DNA of 64,000 bases. Source: Actinomycetota bacterium (GTDB taxonomy: Bacteria > Actinomycetota > Actinomycetes > S36-B12). Shown here in pieces: positions 36,327 to 45,913 of the stretch. Every line of letters begins with the position of its first letter. The first letter of the stretch is position 1. The notes beneath the pieces are model-generated. The model saw only the letters and a list, made by a program, of their open reading frames with translations, ran no database searches and had not been told where the DNA came from. A program made the position numbers and the translations under genes. Where the stretch lies: contig CANFQC010000004.1 in NCBI GenBank assembly GCA_947449035.1, positions 20,067-84,066 of the forward strand. The letters are read 5' to 3'.

Positions 36327-37669
36327 CCGTTCGTGAGGCCTGAGGTCACCGAGCTGGTGTAGTCGGTGGTTGCGTTCGACCCTGAATAGAGCGCGTTGAT
36401 GCCGGCCATCAGCACGAAGGTGTCGCCCCATACATAGGAGCCTTCCTTAGCGACCTTGTTGACGTTCGACGTTTGCTGCAGCATCACGCCTGGGTTCGGG
36501 GAGTCCTTCGCCAGCACCGGCAGGGTCGAGATCGCGTGCAGCATGGTGCGCGCATAAGGCTCGTAGTCGGCGGTACGCAATTGCTGCTGCTTCGCAAACT
36601 GACCGAGCAGGATGAATCCATTCGCGGCAATGGAAGCAGCCGATGAATCGCGTGGTGCATCGGGCGCAGCATCGAAATCCCACGCCGGCACGCACTGCGC
36701 ATCAAGGTGGCTCATCCAGAAGTGGGCAGTATTTTCTGCCGCATCGAGGAAGGCCTGATTGCGCGTGAGCTGATACGCGCGGGCAAAGCCAAAGATCGCC
36801 CAGGCCTGACCGCGAGACCACGTGCTGTCGACATTCATGCCCTGCCCGGCCACCGGGCCGATGAGTGCACCGGTCGTGGGATCGAATGTCATCCGGTGAT
36901 ACGTGGAGCCGTCATCGCGGATGAAGGTATTGATCAAGGTGAGCAGGTGCTGCTCGCCGCGCGACTTGAGCTCATCACCCTCAGGTCCGCCGAGGATCAT
37001 GCCGGCTTCGATCAGCAGCGGAGCATTCATCGCTGAGTCGACAATCAAGCCCCACTGGCCGTCGTACGTGCCCGACTGAATGGCCTTCACGTTCGGGTTC
37101 CAGCGGGTCGACAGGGATCGTGCGGCACTGATGAAGGCATCGCGATACGCCGCGCGCTTCTTCGCACTCGGATCCAGGCGCATACCGAGTTCCATGGGGA
37201 TGCCCACCATGAAGCCGAGATCGTGGCTGCCTTCCCAGTCGGCAAGTGGCAGCAGTGCCTTCGTCCAGGTGCGAGCCTGCTTCAGCCACGTCTTGTCGTC
37301 GGTGCGCTGGTACATCAGCCACAGCGATGACGGAAAGAAACCTGACGTCCACGCCTTCGGCCCGGTGCGGTCGTACGTCGACTGCTTCGTCAGTGCACCG
37401 ATCGGGTACCTGCGTGGATTGAAATCGGCTGCGGCACCGAGCTTGGTCTCGGCGACATTGAAGAGACCACCTCGGTCGTACGCCGAGAACAGGCCAGACG
37501 TTGCGGTGCATGTCTGCGCATTGGCGATTCGTGCAGTGAGCGTGACGGCTGCACTGGGCTCAGGACTGATTGAAGCCGCAGCGCTCGAGCAGCTCTGCAG
37601 CATCAACGAGGTGACCACACCGAGGGTCACGGCAAGAGCGGAAGTGCGGCGCGAGCCGTGAATGATCAC
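36323..37669 (-). CDS. Lipoprotein, glycoside hydrolase family 88-like (unsaturated glucuronyl/rhamnogalacturonyl hydrolase fold)
   Basis: Lipobox-like SLMLQSC after a basic N-terminus. (alpha/alpha)6-type motifs HDLGFMVG and WSRGQAWAIFGFARAY. Confidence 0.55.
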   Translation of the reverse strand: MIIHGSRRTSALAVTLGVVTSLMLQSCSSAAASISPEPSAAVTLTARIANAQTCTATSGLFSAYDRGGLFNVAETKLGAAADFNPRRYPIGALTKQSTYDRTGPKAWTSGFFPSSLWLMYQRTDDKTWLKQARTWTKALLPLADWEGSHDLGFMVGIPMELGMRLDPSAKKRAAYRDAFISAARSLSTRWNPNVKAIQSGTYDGQWGLIVDSAMNAPLLIEAGMILGGPEGDELKSRGEQHLLTLINTFIRDDGSTYHRMTFDPTTGALIGPVAGQGMNVDSTWSRGQAWAIFGFARAYQLTRNQAFLDAAENTAHFWMSHLDAQCVPAWDFDAAPDAPRDSSAASIAANGFILLGQFAKQQQLRTADYEPYARTMLHAISTLPVLAKDSPNPGVMLQQTSNVNKVAKEGSYVWGDTFVLMAGINALYSGSNATTDYTSSVTSGLTNG

Positions 37670-37684
37670 CTCTAGAGTCTAGGC

Positions 37685-38557
37685 ATGCTTCGGCTGCCGA
37701 TTACCTACGTCGATGTCTTCGCGGCGCGTCCGCACGAGGGTAATCACCTTCCCGTCATTCATGACGCGGATCAGTTGTCCGACTCGACCATGGCCGCCTT
37801 TGCGCGACGCACGCGTCAATCCGAGACGTCATTCCTCCAGACGGCGACAGTGGGCGGTGCCGACTACCGCAATCGGATCTTCACTGTTGAATCCGAGATT
37901 CCCTTCGCGGGACATCCGACACTGGGTGCCGCTGCGGCCTTGTGCCATCAAGCCCGCACACCCATCCGTGAATTGATGCAGCAGACCATGCACGGAGTGC
38001 ACCGAGTTCGCGTGAGCCTTGACGGTGACTCGGGCACTGTCTCGATGGAGCAGAGCGAATGCGACTTCGGCCCTGTTCTCGACGGCAGTGAGCTCATCCG
38101 GGCTCTTGGCCTTCCCGTTGACGCCTTGCACCCCGACCTTCCCGTTCAGATGTTGTCGACCGGCCTACCGATGATCGTCATGCCTGTTGCCTCGCCGGGT
38201 TCACTTCATGCGGCTTTGCTGGACCCGGTTGCGCTTGAGCGAGCGCTCGAGGCGGTCGAGTCCGCGAGCGCGATGTCACTGAATTGCTATGTGGTGGCTG
38301 AGGATTCGACGGGCGAGTGGTCGGCGCGCAGTTTCAGTCTCGACGTGGTCGGTGGCGAGGACCCGGCTACCGGTTCAGCAGCCGGACCTTTCGGCGCTTA
38401 CCTGCGTGAGCGCACGGGTCTGACGCGAGTGGGGATTTCCCAGGGAGTCGATATGGGCCAGCCGAGTCGCCTGCTCGTCGACACGTCTGCGGGGATCGTC
38501 GTCTCCGGCGACGTGCATGTGGTCGGAACCGGAATGGTCAACTTGCCGAAGGCGTAA
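37685..38557 (+). CDS. PhzF-family isomerase
   Basis: VDVFAARPHEGNHLPVI and ETSFL, in a two-lobed DAP-epimerase-like layout of about 290 aa. Confidence 0.75.
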   Translation: MLRLPITYVDVFAARPHEGNHLPVIHDADQLSDSTMAAFARRTRQSETSFLQTATVGGADYRNRIFTVESEIPFAGHPTLGAAAALCHQARTPIRELMQQTMHGVHRVRVSLDGDSGTVSMEQSECDFGPVLDGSELIRALGLPVDALHPDLPVQMLSTGLPMIVMPVASPGSLHAALLDPVALERALEAVESASAMSLNCYVVAEDSTGEWSARSFSLDVVGGEDPATGSAAGPFGAYLRERTGLTRVGISQGVDMGQPSRLLVDTSAGIVVSGDVHVVGTGMVNLPKA

Positions 38558-38561
38558 GCGG

Positions 38562-39554
38562 TCAGGCGCGCACGAGCAGTACGAGCTTGCCGGTGATCGC
38601 ACCGGCCTCAATCAGTGAATGTGCATCGCCTGCCTCGTCAACGGGCATGACTCGATCGATGACGGGCTTGACGATGCCTGCCGCTATCCACGGCCACACG
38701 TGTCGCTCAACAGCTGCGCAGATCGCGGCCTTCTCGGAGTCAGGGCGGCCGCGCAGACCGGTAGCGGTGACGCTGACGTTCTTGCGCAGCATCGTGTTGA
38801 TGTTGAGCTCGGCCTTAATTCCGCCCTGCAAGCCGATCACGACGAGTCGTCCGTTGCGTGCAAGAGCGTCGACATTGCGCTCGAGATACTTCGCACCCAT
38901 GTTGTCGAGAATGACGTCGACGCCTCGTCCACCGGTCTCGGCGTTCATCACCTCGACGAAATCCTGCTCGTTGTAGTTGATGAGCACCTCGGCGCCTAGC
39001 GCTGCGCACGCATCAAGCTTCGCCTGGCTGCCCGCGGTCACGGCCACGCGAGCGCCGAGAGCACGTGCCACCTGGATTGCGAATGTGCCGATGCCCGAAC
39101 CGCCGCCATGAATGAGCACCCATTCGCCCTCTGCGAGGTGAGCGGTCATCGCAAGGTTGCTCCACACCGTGCAGGCAACCTCGGGGAGACCGCCTGCAGT
39201 CACGAGTTCAACGCCTGCAGGCACGCTCATCACCTGCCCCGCGGGTACTGCGACCTGCTCCGCGTAGCCGCCGCCTGAGAGCAGGGCGGTGACCTCATCA
39301 CCGACCTTCAGGTGAGTGATGCCCTCGGAGACTGCCGCGATGGTGCCCGAGCATTCGAGGCCCATGATGTGCGTAGCACCCGGAGGGGGAGCGTAAAAGC
39401 CTTGGCGTTGCAAGAGATCTGCGCGGTTGACGGCGGTGGCAGTGATTTCGATGAGCACCTCGCCAGCGCTCAGTTCAGGCGATGCGACCTCGACCCAGTG
39501 CATCGCCTCCGGCCCGCCCTTGCCGTCGTCGACCTCGATTGCATTCATGCTCAC
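38562..39554 (-). CDS. qor: NAD(P)H:quinone oxidoreductase (MDR superfamily, zinc-independent)
   Basis: VNRADLLQRQGFY, GLECSG and the nucleotide motif IHGGGSGIG. Confidence 0.8.
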   Translation of the reverse strand: MSMNAIEVDDGKGGPEAMHWVEVASPELSAGEVLIEITATAVNRADLLQRQGFYAPPPGATHIMGLECSGTIAAVSEGITHLKVGDEVTALLSGGGYAEQVAVPAGQVMSVPAGVELVTAGGLPEVACTVWSNLAMTAHLAEGEWVLIHGGGSGIGTFAIQVARALGARVAVTAGSQAKLDACAALGAEVLINYNEQDFVEVMNAETGGRGVDVILDNMGAKYLERNVDALARNGRLVVIGLQGGIKAELNINTMLRKNVSVTATGLRGRPDSEKAAICAAVERHVWPWIAAGIVKPVIDRVMPVDEAGDAHSLIEAGAITGKLVLLVRA

Positions 39555-39588
39555 GATCGAAGGCTAATGCCTTCACGTGGAGAAGTGA

Positions 39589-40500
39589 CTAGACGCTGAC
39601 GACCTCGACAGCAGCTTTCTTGGCAGCCGCGCGCTCGCGCAGGATCATCACGATGACGATTGCTGCACCGATAAGTGCGATTGCGCCGCTTAGTAGTGCT
39701 GGTGCGCCGAGAAGCTTGATGGCGGTTGCCGCCAGCACGACCATGAGCAGCCAGCGCAGACGGTGACCGTCATAGCGTGACGAGAGCTTGGCGCCCATGT
39801 AGATGCCGGGGATCTGACCGATGAGAAGTGAGACCACGACGGCGATGCTGATATCACCGAAGCCCGCATGCGCGATCGCACCGGCGATGAGCATCGGCAC
39901 GGCCTGGGTGAGGTCAGTGCCGACGAGAACCGAGGGGCGAAGCAGTGGGTAAAGCAAGAGCATGATCGTCACGATCAGCGAGCCCGAGCCCACCGAGGTC
40001 ATGCCGACAATCGCACCAACGAAGAAGCCGAGCATCATCGTGCGCACAACCTTGACGGGCATGTCGGTGCCCTGCATCGGCTGCTCTCCGCGAATGCGCT
40101 TGGCGCGGGCGGAGACGAAATTCTTGGCGACCATTGCGGCCAGGGCGATGATCAGCACCCAGCCGATCCAGGTGCGGATGGTGTTACTCGCGTCGTCAGA
40201 GGTGAGCACCTTGGCGAAGATCAGGGTGCCGAGCAGCACGCCGGGGATAGAGCCCGCGGAAAGCCAGCCCACCAGACCCCAGTGCACCGTCTTGGTGCGA
40301 ATGTGCACAATCGCACCGACTGGCTTCATGAACGCCGAAGCCACGACATCGCTGGAGACTGCAGCGGCGGGGTTGATGCCGAAGACCAGCACAAGCATCG
40401 GGGTCACCAGCGCTGCGCCGCCCATACCGGTCAGCCCGACCATGATGCCCGCGATCAGGCCACCGAGGGACAGGGCGAAGTCGATATCTCCGAAGCTCAC
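39589..40500 (-). CDS. TauE/SafE-family anion exporter
   Basis: 303 aa with about 8 TM segments. N-terminal GLTGMGGAALVTPMLVL and an internal repeat (GSGSLIVTIMLLL). Confidence 0.75.
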   Translation of the reverse strand: MSFGDIDFALSLGGLIAGIMVGLTGMGGAALVTPMLVLVFGINPAAAVSSDVVASAFMKPVGAIVHIRTKTVHWGLVGWLSAGSIPGVLLGTLIFAKVLTSDDASNTIRTWIGWVLIIALAAMVAKNFVSARAKRIRGEQPMQGTDMPVKVVRTMMLGFFVGAIVGMTSVGSGSLIVTIMLLLYPLLRPSVLVGTDLTQAVPMLIAGAIAHAGFGDISIAVVVSLLIGQIPGIYMGAKLSSRYDGHRLRWLLMVVLAATAIKLLGAPALLSGAIALIGAAIVIVMILRERAAAKKAAVEVVSV

Positions 40501-40690
40501 CCGGCGACGGTAGCAAATTTCACAGGCATTGTCTACCTAATAGGTAGGGAAAGAGGTAAAAGCCGGTCCGGGGCTCCTGGGCCGCCGCGGATTCCCCCTC
40601 ATCTGAACCAGACATTCGATCGGGACGTCGTGCTGACGTCCGAGAGGTCAGGAGTGTCGGCACCGTCGTAGCGGTGGGTAGCATCGTTAC

Positions 40691-41590
40691 GTGAGCCCCA
40701 CACTCAAGCTTCGTGGGATGAACCGTGCCATCGACAGCACTCTCGTCATGGGCGTAGTCAATGCCAGCCCGGAGTCATTCTCGGATGCCGGTCGATTCTC
40801 ATCACTTCAGTCCCAGATCGATCTCGCTGCCTCGCTCATCGAGAGCGGCGCCAACATCATCGACGTCGGTGGTCAGTCGGCGATCACCAACCAGCCTGAG
40901 CTCGACGCAAGTCTTGAGCGCGAGCGAGTGCTTCCCATTGTCGAATGGCTGTCCGAGCATCATCCTGATGTTCTGGTCAGCGTTGATACCTACAAGCCGG
41001 AGGTTGTGGCCGCGGTTCTCGCAGCAGGCGCCGACATCATCAACGATGTCAGCGGACTGAAGTATCCCGAGCTCGCATCGATGTGCGCGGAGCATGGTGC
41101 CGCGTTGGTCATCATGCACACCGCTGCGCCGCCGAAGGTTCGTCTGCAGCGCCAAGACCTTTATGCAGACATCACCACCGAAGTTCGCGACTTTCTCGTC
41201 GAACGAATGGAGACAGCTGTCGCTGCAGGTCTTCCGCAAAACTCCGTGATCCTCGATCCCGGCCCTGACTTCACGAAGACTCCCCGGCAGACCATCGACC
41301 TGCTGCGGAACATCGACGTGTTCAGAAATCTTGATCGGCCATTACTTCTCGCCTTGTCACGCAAGGACTTTCTCGGGGCAATAACCGGCCGCACGCCCAA
41401 GTCACGTGACGCTGCCACGGCTGCGGCCATTGCATTCTTCGCTTCGGCGCCGGGCAACATCGTGCGCGTGCACGATGTGAAAGCTGCTGTTGACGTCATT
41501 GCCACCGTGGAGACACTTGTCGGCACACGTGATGTCGCAGAGGACTACGTCCTGCCCGACTCCTTGCGTTATGAGCCGCGCAGTGAGTGA
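40691..41590 (+). CDS. folP: Dihydropteroate synthase (FolP2-like by context)
   Basis: VMGVVNASPESFSDAG, IIDVGGQS and INDVSG are pterin-binding motifs. It overlaps gpgS by 20 nt, mirroring the folP2-gpgS pairing known in mycobacteria. Confidence 0.85.
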   Translation: MSPTLKLRGMNRAIDSTLVMGVVNASPESFSDAGRFSSLQSQIDLAASLIESGANIIDVGGQSAITNQPELDASLERERVLPIVEWLSEHHPDVLVSVDTYKPEVVAAVLAAGADIINDVSGLKYPELASMCAEHGAALVIMHTAAPPKVRLQRQDLYADITTEVRDFLVERMETAVAAGLPQNSVILDPGPDFTKTPRQTIDLLRNIDVFRNLDRPLLLALSRKDFLGAITGRTPKSRDAATAAAIAFFASAPGNIVRVHDVKAAVDVIATVETLVGTRDVAEDYVLPDSLRYEPRSE

Positions 41591-42518
41591 TTGGTTCTCG
41601 CGGAACACCTCGGAATCGGGTGACTGGCCGCTGTCGTTGATTGCAGAGGCAAAGCGGGATACCACCATCGCTGTCGTCATCCCTGCGCGCAATGAGATCG
41701 ACACCATCTTCGAGGTGGTCACTCAGATACGACTCGAATTATCCGGCATCGTCGACGATTTGATCGTCATGGATTCGCTGTCGAGTGACGCAACAGCTCT
41801 TGAGGGCACCAAGGCCGGGGCAACGGTGCATTCAGTTGCCGATGTCAGGCCAGACCTCGGGGTTCGCAAGGGCAAGGGGGAAGCGCTGTGGAAGTCACAG
41901 TTCGTTACCACGGCCGACCTTCTCGTGTTCATCGACGCCGATCTCACTGAATGGGGTCCGCACTTCGTGACCGGCTTGCTCGGCCCACTACTCACGCAGC
42001 CGCACGTACAACTCGTGCGCGGCTTCTACGACCGCATCTTCGATGTCGGAGGCGTTCCCACACTTGAAGGCGGTCGGGTCACCGAGTTGGTGGCACGCCC
42101 GTGGCTTGCTGTTCATCGCCCCGAACTTGCTGACGTCGTGCAGCCGCTCGCCGGTGAGTGGGCAATCCGTCGCTCCGCATTCGAGAAGCTCTCCGTGCCG
42201 GTGGGATACGGAGTTGAACTCTCCACACTTTTGGACGTGCATGCGGCCTACGGGATCGATGCGATCGCCCAGGTGGATCTCGGTCGTCGTGCCCATCGGC
42301 ACCAATCGCTCTATGACCTCGCGGCCATGGCTACCGAGATTCTCGCGGTCGCCGGACGACGGATGACTTACGTGCCGGGGCAGTTGCCCGATGATTCGCT
42401 CCAAGTTGAGTCAGGTACGGAATTCGTCACCCTTCGCCGAATGGGCGAGGACCGCACCTGGATCGATAGAGATGTAGCCGTCAATGAGCGGCCGAGGGCT
42501 GACTGCATCGCCCGGTGA
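41571..42518 (+). CDS. gpgS: Glucosyl-3-phosphoglycerate synthase (GT81)
   Basis: ATG 41571 gives MSRAVSDWF. The GT-A core IAVVIPARNE and DxD (FIDADL), plus the folP neighbour. Confidence 0.8.
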   Translation: MSRAVSDWFSRNTSESGDWPLSLIAEAKRDTTIAVVIPARNEIDTIFEVVTQIRLELSGIVDDLIVMDSLSSDATALEGTKAGATVHSVADVRPDLGVRKGKGEALWKSQFVTTADLLVFIDADLTEWGPHFVTGLLGPLLTQPHVQLVRGFYDRIFDVGGVPTLEGGRVTELVARPWLAVHRPELADVVQPLAGEWAIRRSAFEKLSVPVGYGVELSTLLDVHAAYGIDAIAQVDLGRRAHRHQSLYDLAAMATEILAVAGRRMTYVPGQLPDDSLQVESGTEFVTLRRMGEDRTWIDRDVAVNERPRADCIAR

Positions 42519-42540
42519 CCGTGATCGAAAGCGGAAAGTC

Positions 42541-43755
42541 TTAGCTGAGCGGGATGTAGTGCAGCACGTCGCCGCGATATCCGGCGCCCGGCGGGCAGAT
42601 AGCCACGGCATCGGCGCGTGCCCAGCCGACCAGCCCTGCTGGGCCGTCTTCCGGAATAGGGCGAAGCAAGGTGGCGCCATCGCGCAGCTCCCGGCGCACT
42701 GGCGCCAGACGTGTGTCATCGGCGTAGTCGGCCGGGGGCGCATCATCGAGCAGCACGCCGGTCGGGTGATCGATCACGTTGGTGCGCCCGCTCATCGAAC
42801 GCAGCAGTGGCCCGACGAGTGTGACCAGGCCGGCTAGCGCTGCAGCGGGATTACCAGGCAGGCCAACGAGAATTCGACCATCGGGAAGTCTCGCCATCAG
42901 CATCTGCGCACCGGGCGTAACGCTCACGCCATCAATGAGCCAACGCGCATTGAGGTCACCGATGACCTGCCGCACGTGATTGCCCGGTGCCGGCTCGGTG
43001 GAGCCGGTGGTGATGATGACGTCGACATTCGCATCATCGATTTCGGTGAGTAGTAGTTCAGCAGTGTCAGGTGCCCGCTTGGCGGGATTGCCGATACCTC
43101 CGTTCGCACTGATGAATGACGGAATTGTCATGCCCAGTGCGTCACGCACGCGCCCTTCGCGAGGCATGCCGTGTGAGAGCAGTGATCGTCCGAGAACGAT
43201 CAGACCCACGGTCGGCGGCTTCACGATGTCGATCGTGTCGTGACCCGTTGCGGCAGCAAGTGCAAGAACGCCCGGCGTGACTATGGAACCTGCAGCCACG
43301 AGCTCACGCCCGGCGGGACCGAGATCACCTTGGCGGATGATGCCCGTGCCGAAGTCGGGGCGAGCCCGCTCGTCAGGAACCCCACTGAGCGGATCGCAGG
43401 CGAATACGTGCACGGATCCGCTGCTGCTTGTCTCGGAGACCGAGTCGGAAAGTGCCAGCACTGCATCGGTGTGATGAGGGATCGCATCACCGGCGCGCAC
43501 GCTGACTGCCTCGCCAGGGCCGACGGTGGTGTCGAGCACCAGAGACCACGGGCCTTCGCCGCAGACGGCATAGCCGTGGAATGCGGCTGCGTCGTGGGCA
43601 GGATCATCAGCGAGGGTGGCGAGGGCGCGGGAGAGAATGCCGCCCGCGGCTTCGTCCAAGCGAGCCTTCACGCTCGGAAGTGCGCCAGAGCAGGTGGCCG
43701 CGACGTGATGTGCCTGAGCCCAGCTCAGGACGCCGTCGAGACCAATCGTGCTCAC
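42541..43755 (-). CDS. MoeA-family (molybdopterin molybdotransferase-like) protein with divergent motifs
   Basis: MoeA layout: AAFHGYAV in place of SxMDGYAV, VDVIITTGSTEPAPGNHV in place of GGVSVG, and the retained LPGNPAAALAGL. GTG 43755 lies 5 nt after the upstream stop. Confidence 0.6.
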   Translation of the reverse strand: MSTIGLDGVLSWAQAHHVAATCSGALPSVKARLDEAAGGILSRALATLADDPAHDAAAFHGYAVCGEGPWSLVLDTTVGPGEAVSVRAGDAIPHHTDAVLALSDSVSETSSSGSVHVFACDPLSGVPDERARPDFGTGIIRQGDLGPAGRELVAAGSIVTPGVLALAAATGHDTIDIVKPPTVGLIVLGRSLLSHGMPREGRVRDALGMTIPSFISANGGIGNPAKRAPDTAELLLTEIDDANVDVIITTGSTEPAPGNHVRQVIGDLNARWLIDGVSVTPGAQMLMARLPDGRILVGLPGNPAAALAGLVTLVGPLLRSMSGRTNVIDHPTGVLLDDAPPADYADDTRLAPVRRELRDGATLLRPIPEDGPAGLVGWARADAVAICPPGAGYRGDVLHYIPLS

Positions 43756-43759
43756 GAGG

Positions 43760-44347
43760 TCATGCTGGCACGTTCTGCGTCGGCTTCTCGCGAATGGGTC
43801 GTGTCGGGGCAGGTGCCGGGACGAAACCACGTGCGATCAACGCGAAGATGATGATCGCGCTGATCGCAATCAGGAAGGCGAGTGACCACGTCGCCAGGGC
43901 ATCGGTGCCGGCGAGCACATAGTGAGCCGTGGCAATGGGCCACGCGGCGTAGGCCAGGTAGTGACTGCGCTTGAACCAGGCGTTGCCGCGCTTGCCCAGT
44001 CGCGGGCGAATACGCCCGATGATCGTGACGGGAATCAGGATCCAGAAAGCAATGGTGCCGAGCGCAACGTCGAATGCCTTCCACGGCGCAGTGCCGGGGA
44101 TCAGGATCTGCCCGATGGTGAAGGCCACGGACTTGTCGAAGATCAGCATGATCATGTGAATCAGTAGGAAGAAGAGCGCAGTCACGCCAAGCCAACGGTG
44201 CATGTCGAGCAGGCGCATTGGCGAGGCCACGCGGCCCAGGAGCCGCGTGCGCAGCAGGATGCCCCAGATCACCACTGCGGAGAGCAGGCCCCACGCGGTC
44301 AGGCCGCTGGCGCGAATGGCTAGCCAGGTCCAGGGGAGATTACTCAC
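43760..44347 (-). CDS. Ferric-reductase-domain (MsrQ/YedZ-like) di-haem membrane protein
   Basis: Six TM segments. There are two His pairs with the FRD spacing: H-x14-H in MHRWLGVTALFFLLIH and H-x13-H in SHYLAYAAWPIATAH. Confidence 0.7.
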   Translation of the reverse strand: MSNLPWTWLAIRASGLTAWGLLSAVVIWGILLRTRLLGRVASPMRLLDMHRWLGVTALFFLLIHMIMLIFDKSVAFTIGQILIPGTAPWKAFDVALGTIAFWILIPVTIIGRIRPRLGKRGNAWFKRSHYLAYAAWPIATAHYVLAGTDALATWSLAFLIAISAIIIFALIARGFVPAPAPTRPIREKPTQNVPA

Positions 44348-45326
44348 CGGACATCTCCTTCGGAGTCATCAGAACATGCACGAGTTCGTTCTTGTCGAGC
44401 CATTCCTCGGCCTTGTCGCTGCCGAGCAGTAAAGCGGTGGTGGCGGCAACTTCAGCCCACCAGCCGGTGGAGGCAGCAATCGTCGCTTGCACGAGATCCG
44501 TGCGTGCAACATCGCCGGTGCGCGGATCGATTACGTGATGGCGACCGTCAGCCCACACGCGCTTGAGAGTTGTTGAGGTGGCGACCGCTCCATGATCAGT
44601 GCCGGCCTCGAATTCGAGATGACGCACGACTCGATCCTCGACGTCCAGTGGTAATCGCTCATCGAGAATCGCCATTACCCACGGATCGTCACTGCCAGGT
44701 GAGCCGGCAAAGACGATGTCGCCGCCGAGATTGACGAGGACGCCGTCAGCTCCGGCATTCATGAGCTCCTCGACGATCATGTCGGCGGCCAGTCCCTTGC
44801 CAATCGCGCCGGGATCAAGACCAACACCGGCAGGCAGGGCAATCGTCATTGACTCGTCGTCGATCACGACATCGCCCATGCCCGGTGCGCGGGTGACCTG
44901 TGCTGTCACAGCAGCGATAGCACTTCGTGCGATCACCGACGCGAAGTCACGGTCGTATCCGAGTGCGTTCATCGAGTTGATGACCGTGGGGTCGAAGAGA
45001 CCATCGGTGGCCTTCCAGGCCTCGAGCATGATGTCGACCAAAGTCAAGAGATCTTCAGACACCAAGACCGGCCCGGTGCCGGCGAGCGAGTTGAGATGCA
45101 TGAGCTCGCTCGTCGGACGAAAGCGAGACCAGCATTGCTCCAGCAATTCGACTCGCTGTGCTCCCATCGCTGCGAAGTAATCAGCGCCTGCGCCGTAGAC
45201 GATCACTTCACAGTCAGTGCCCATCGCGCGAAACGTTCGCGTGGCCGAGGGGAAAACGGTGTCCATGCTGTTCACGCTAGTGGCCCCGGTGCCTGGTGCA
45301 GGGATGCTCAGGACCTGCGTGCCCAC
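44340..45326 (-). CDS. apbE: FAD:protein FMN transferase (ApbE family)
   Basis: FRAMGTDCEVIVYG, DPGAIGKGLAAD and VNLGGDI are ApbE motifs. No obvious signal peptide or lipobox at either candidate start (GTG 45326 or ATG 45266). Confidence 0.8.
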   Translation of the reverse strand: MGTQVLSIPAPGTGATSVNSMDTVFPSATRTFRAMGTDCEVIVYGAGADYFAAMGAQRVELLEQCWSRFRPTSELMHLNSLAGTGPVLVSEDLLTLVDIMLEAWKATDGLFDPTVINSMNALGYDRDFASVIARSAIAAVTAQVTRAPGMGDVVIDDESMTIALPAGVGLDPGAIGKGLAADMIVEELMNAGADGVLVNLGGDIVFAGSPGSDDPWVMAILDERLPLDVEDRVVRHLEFEAGTDHGAVATSTTLKRVWADGRHHVIDPRTGDVARTDLVQATIAASTGWWAEVAATTALLLGSDKAEEWLDKNELVHVLMTPKEMSGE

Positions 45327-45328
45327 GG

Positions 45329-45913
45329 TTAGCTCGACTTGGTCTGCGCCTGGGGTCGCGGCGCTTGCTGCTGCTGGACCTGGGGCTGCGGGCGAGGTGC
45401 GGACTGCGCCTGAGGAGCGGCTTGCTGCTGCGCCTGGGGCGCTACCTGCTGCTGCGCCTGGGGTGCTGCCTGCTGCTGAGCGGGCGCACTGACCTTCGCC
45501 TTTGCCTTGGCCTTTGCCTTCGCCTTCGCGGACTTGGCGGTGGGGGTCTTGATCGACTTACCCGACTTTGCGGTCGGTACTGACGTCTGCTGAGCGGCGC
45601 TGTTCAGGGAAGCAGCGGCGAGTGCAAGCTGATCTCGGTAATCAAGAAGCTTCTGGCGCTCGGCCTCGAGCTGGGCGGCGTACTGATCGAGTTGCGCCTG
45701 GTTGAGACCGTTCGAGGTCGTGGCAGCGGCGAGCGTGGTGTCTGTGACCTCGGTTGCCGCTTTGGCATCGGCTGCCTGAGCTTCCTGAGTCGTGCGCACT
45801 GCAATGACACCGACGAGACCTGCGCAGGCTGCAGCAGCAAGACCGGCCGAGAGCACCTTGTCGGTGGTCGAGTGACCGCGTCGACTGGGTCGACGTACCT
45901 TGGGATTAGTCAT
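45329..45913 (-). CDS. Membrane-anchored coiled-coil protein with a Gln/Ala/Pro- and Lys/Ala-repeat tail
   Basis: ATG 45913 overlaps the upstream stop by 8 nt. It has a basic N-terminus, one TM segment (VLSAGLAAAACAGLVGVIAV), a coiled segment, then (AK)6 and three copies of QQ[AV]APQAQ. Confidence 0.6.
   Translation of the reverse strand: MTNPKVRRPSRRGHSTTDKVLSAGLAAAACAGLVGVIAVRTTQEAQAADAKAATEVTDTTLAAATTSNGLNQAQLDQYAAQLEAERQKLLDYRDQLALAAASLNSAAQQTSVPTAKSGKSIKTPTAKSAKAKAKAKAKAKVSAPAQQQAAPQAQQQVAPQAQQQAAPQAQSAPRPQPQVQQQQAPRPQAQTKSS
45398..45530 (-). repeat. In-frame coding tandem repeats (24-nt QQ[AV]APQAQ units and a 6-nt AK unit)
   Basis: Plus-strand units TTGCTGCTGCGCCTGGGGCGCTAC / CTGCTGCTGCGCCTGGGGTGCTGC lie at 45422-45469 with degenerate flanking copies. 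(GCCTTN)6 lies at about 45496-45530. Confidence 0.7.

Noticed and set aside
39868-40671. 267-aa plus-strand ORF opposite the TauE-family gene
   Set aside because: The minus-strand frame gives a coherent 8-TM TauE/SafE protein. The plus-strand frame is Arg/His/Gly-rich nonsense.
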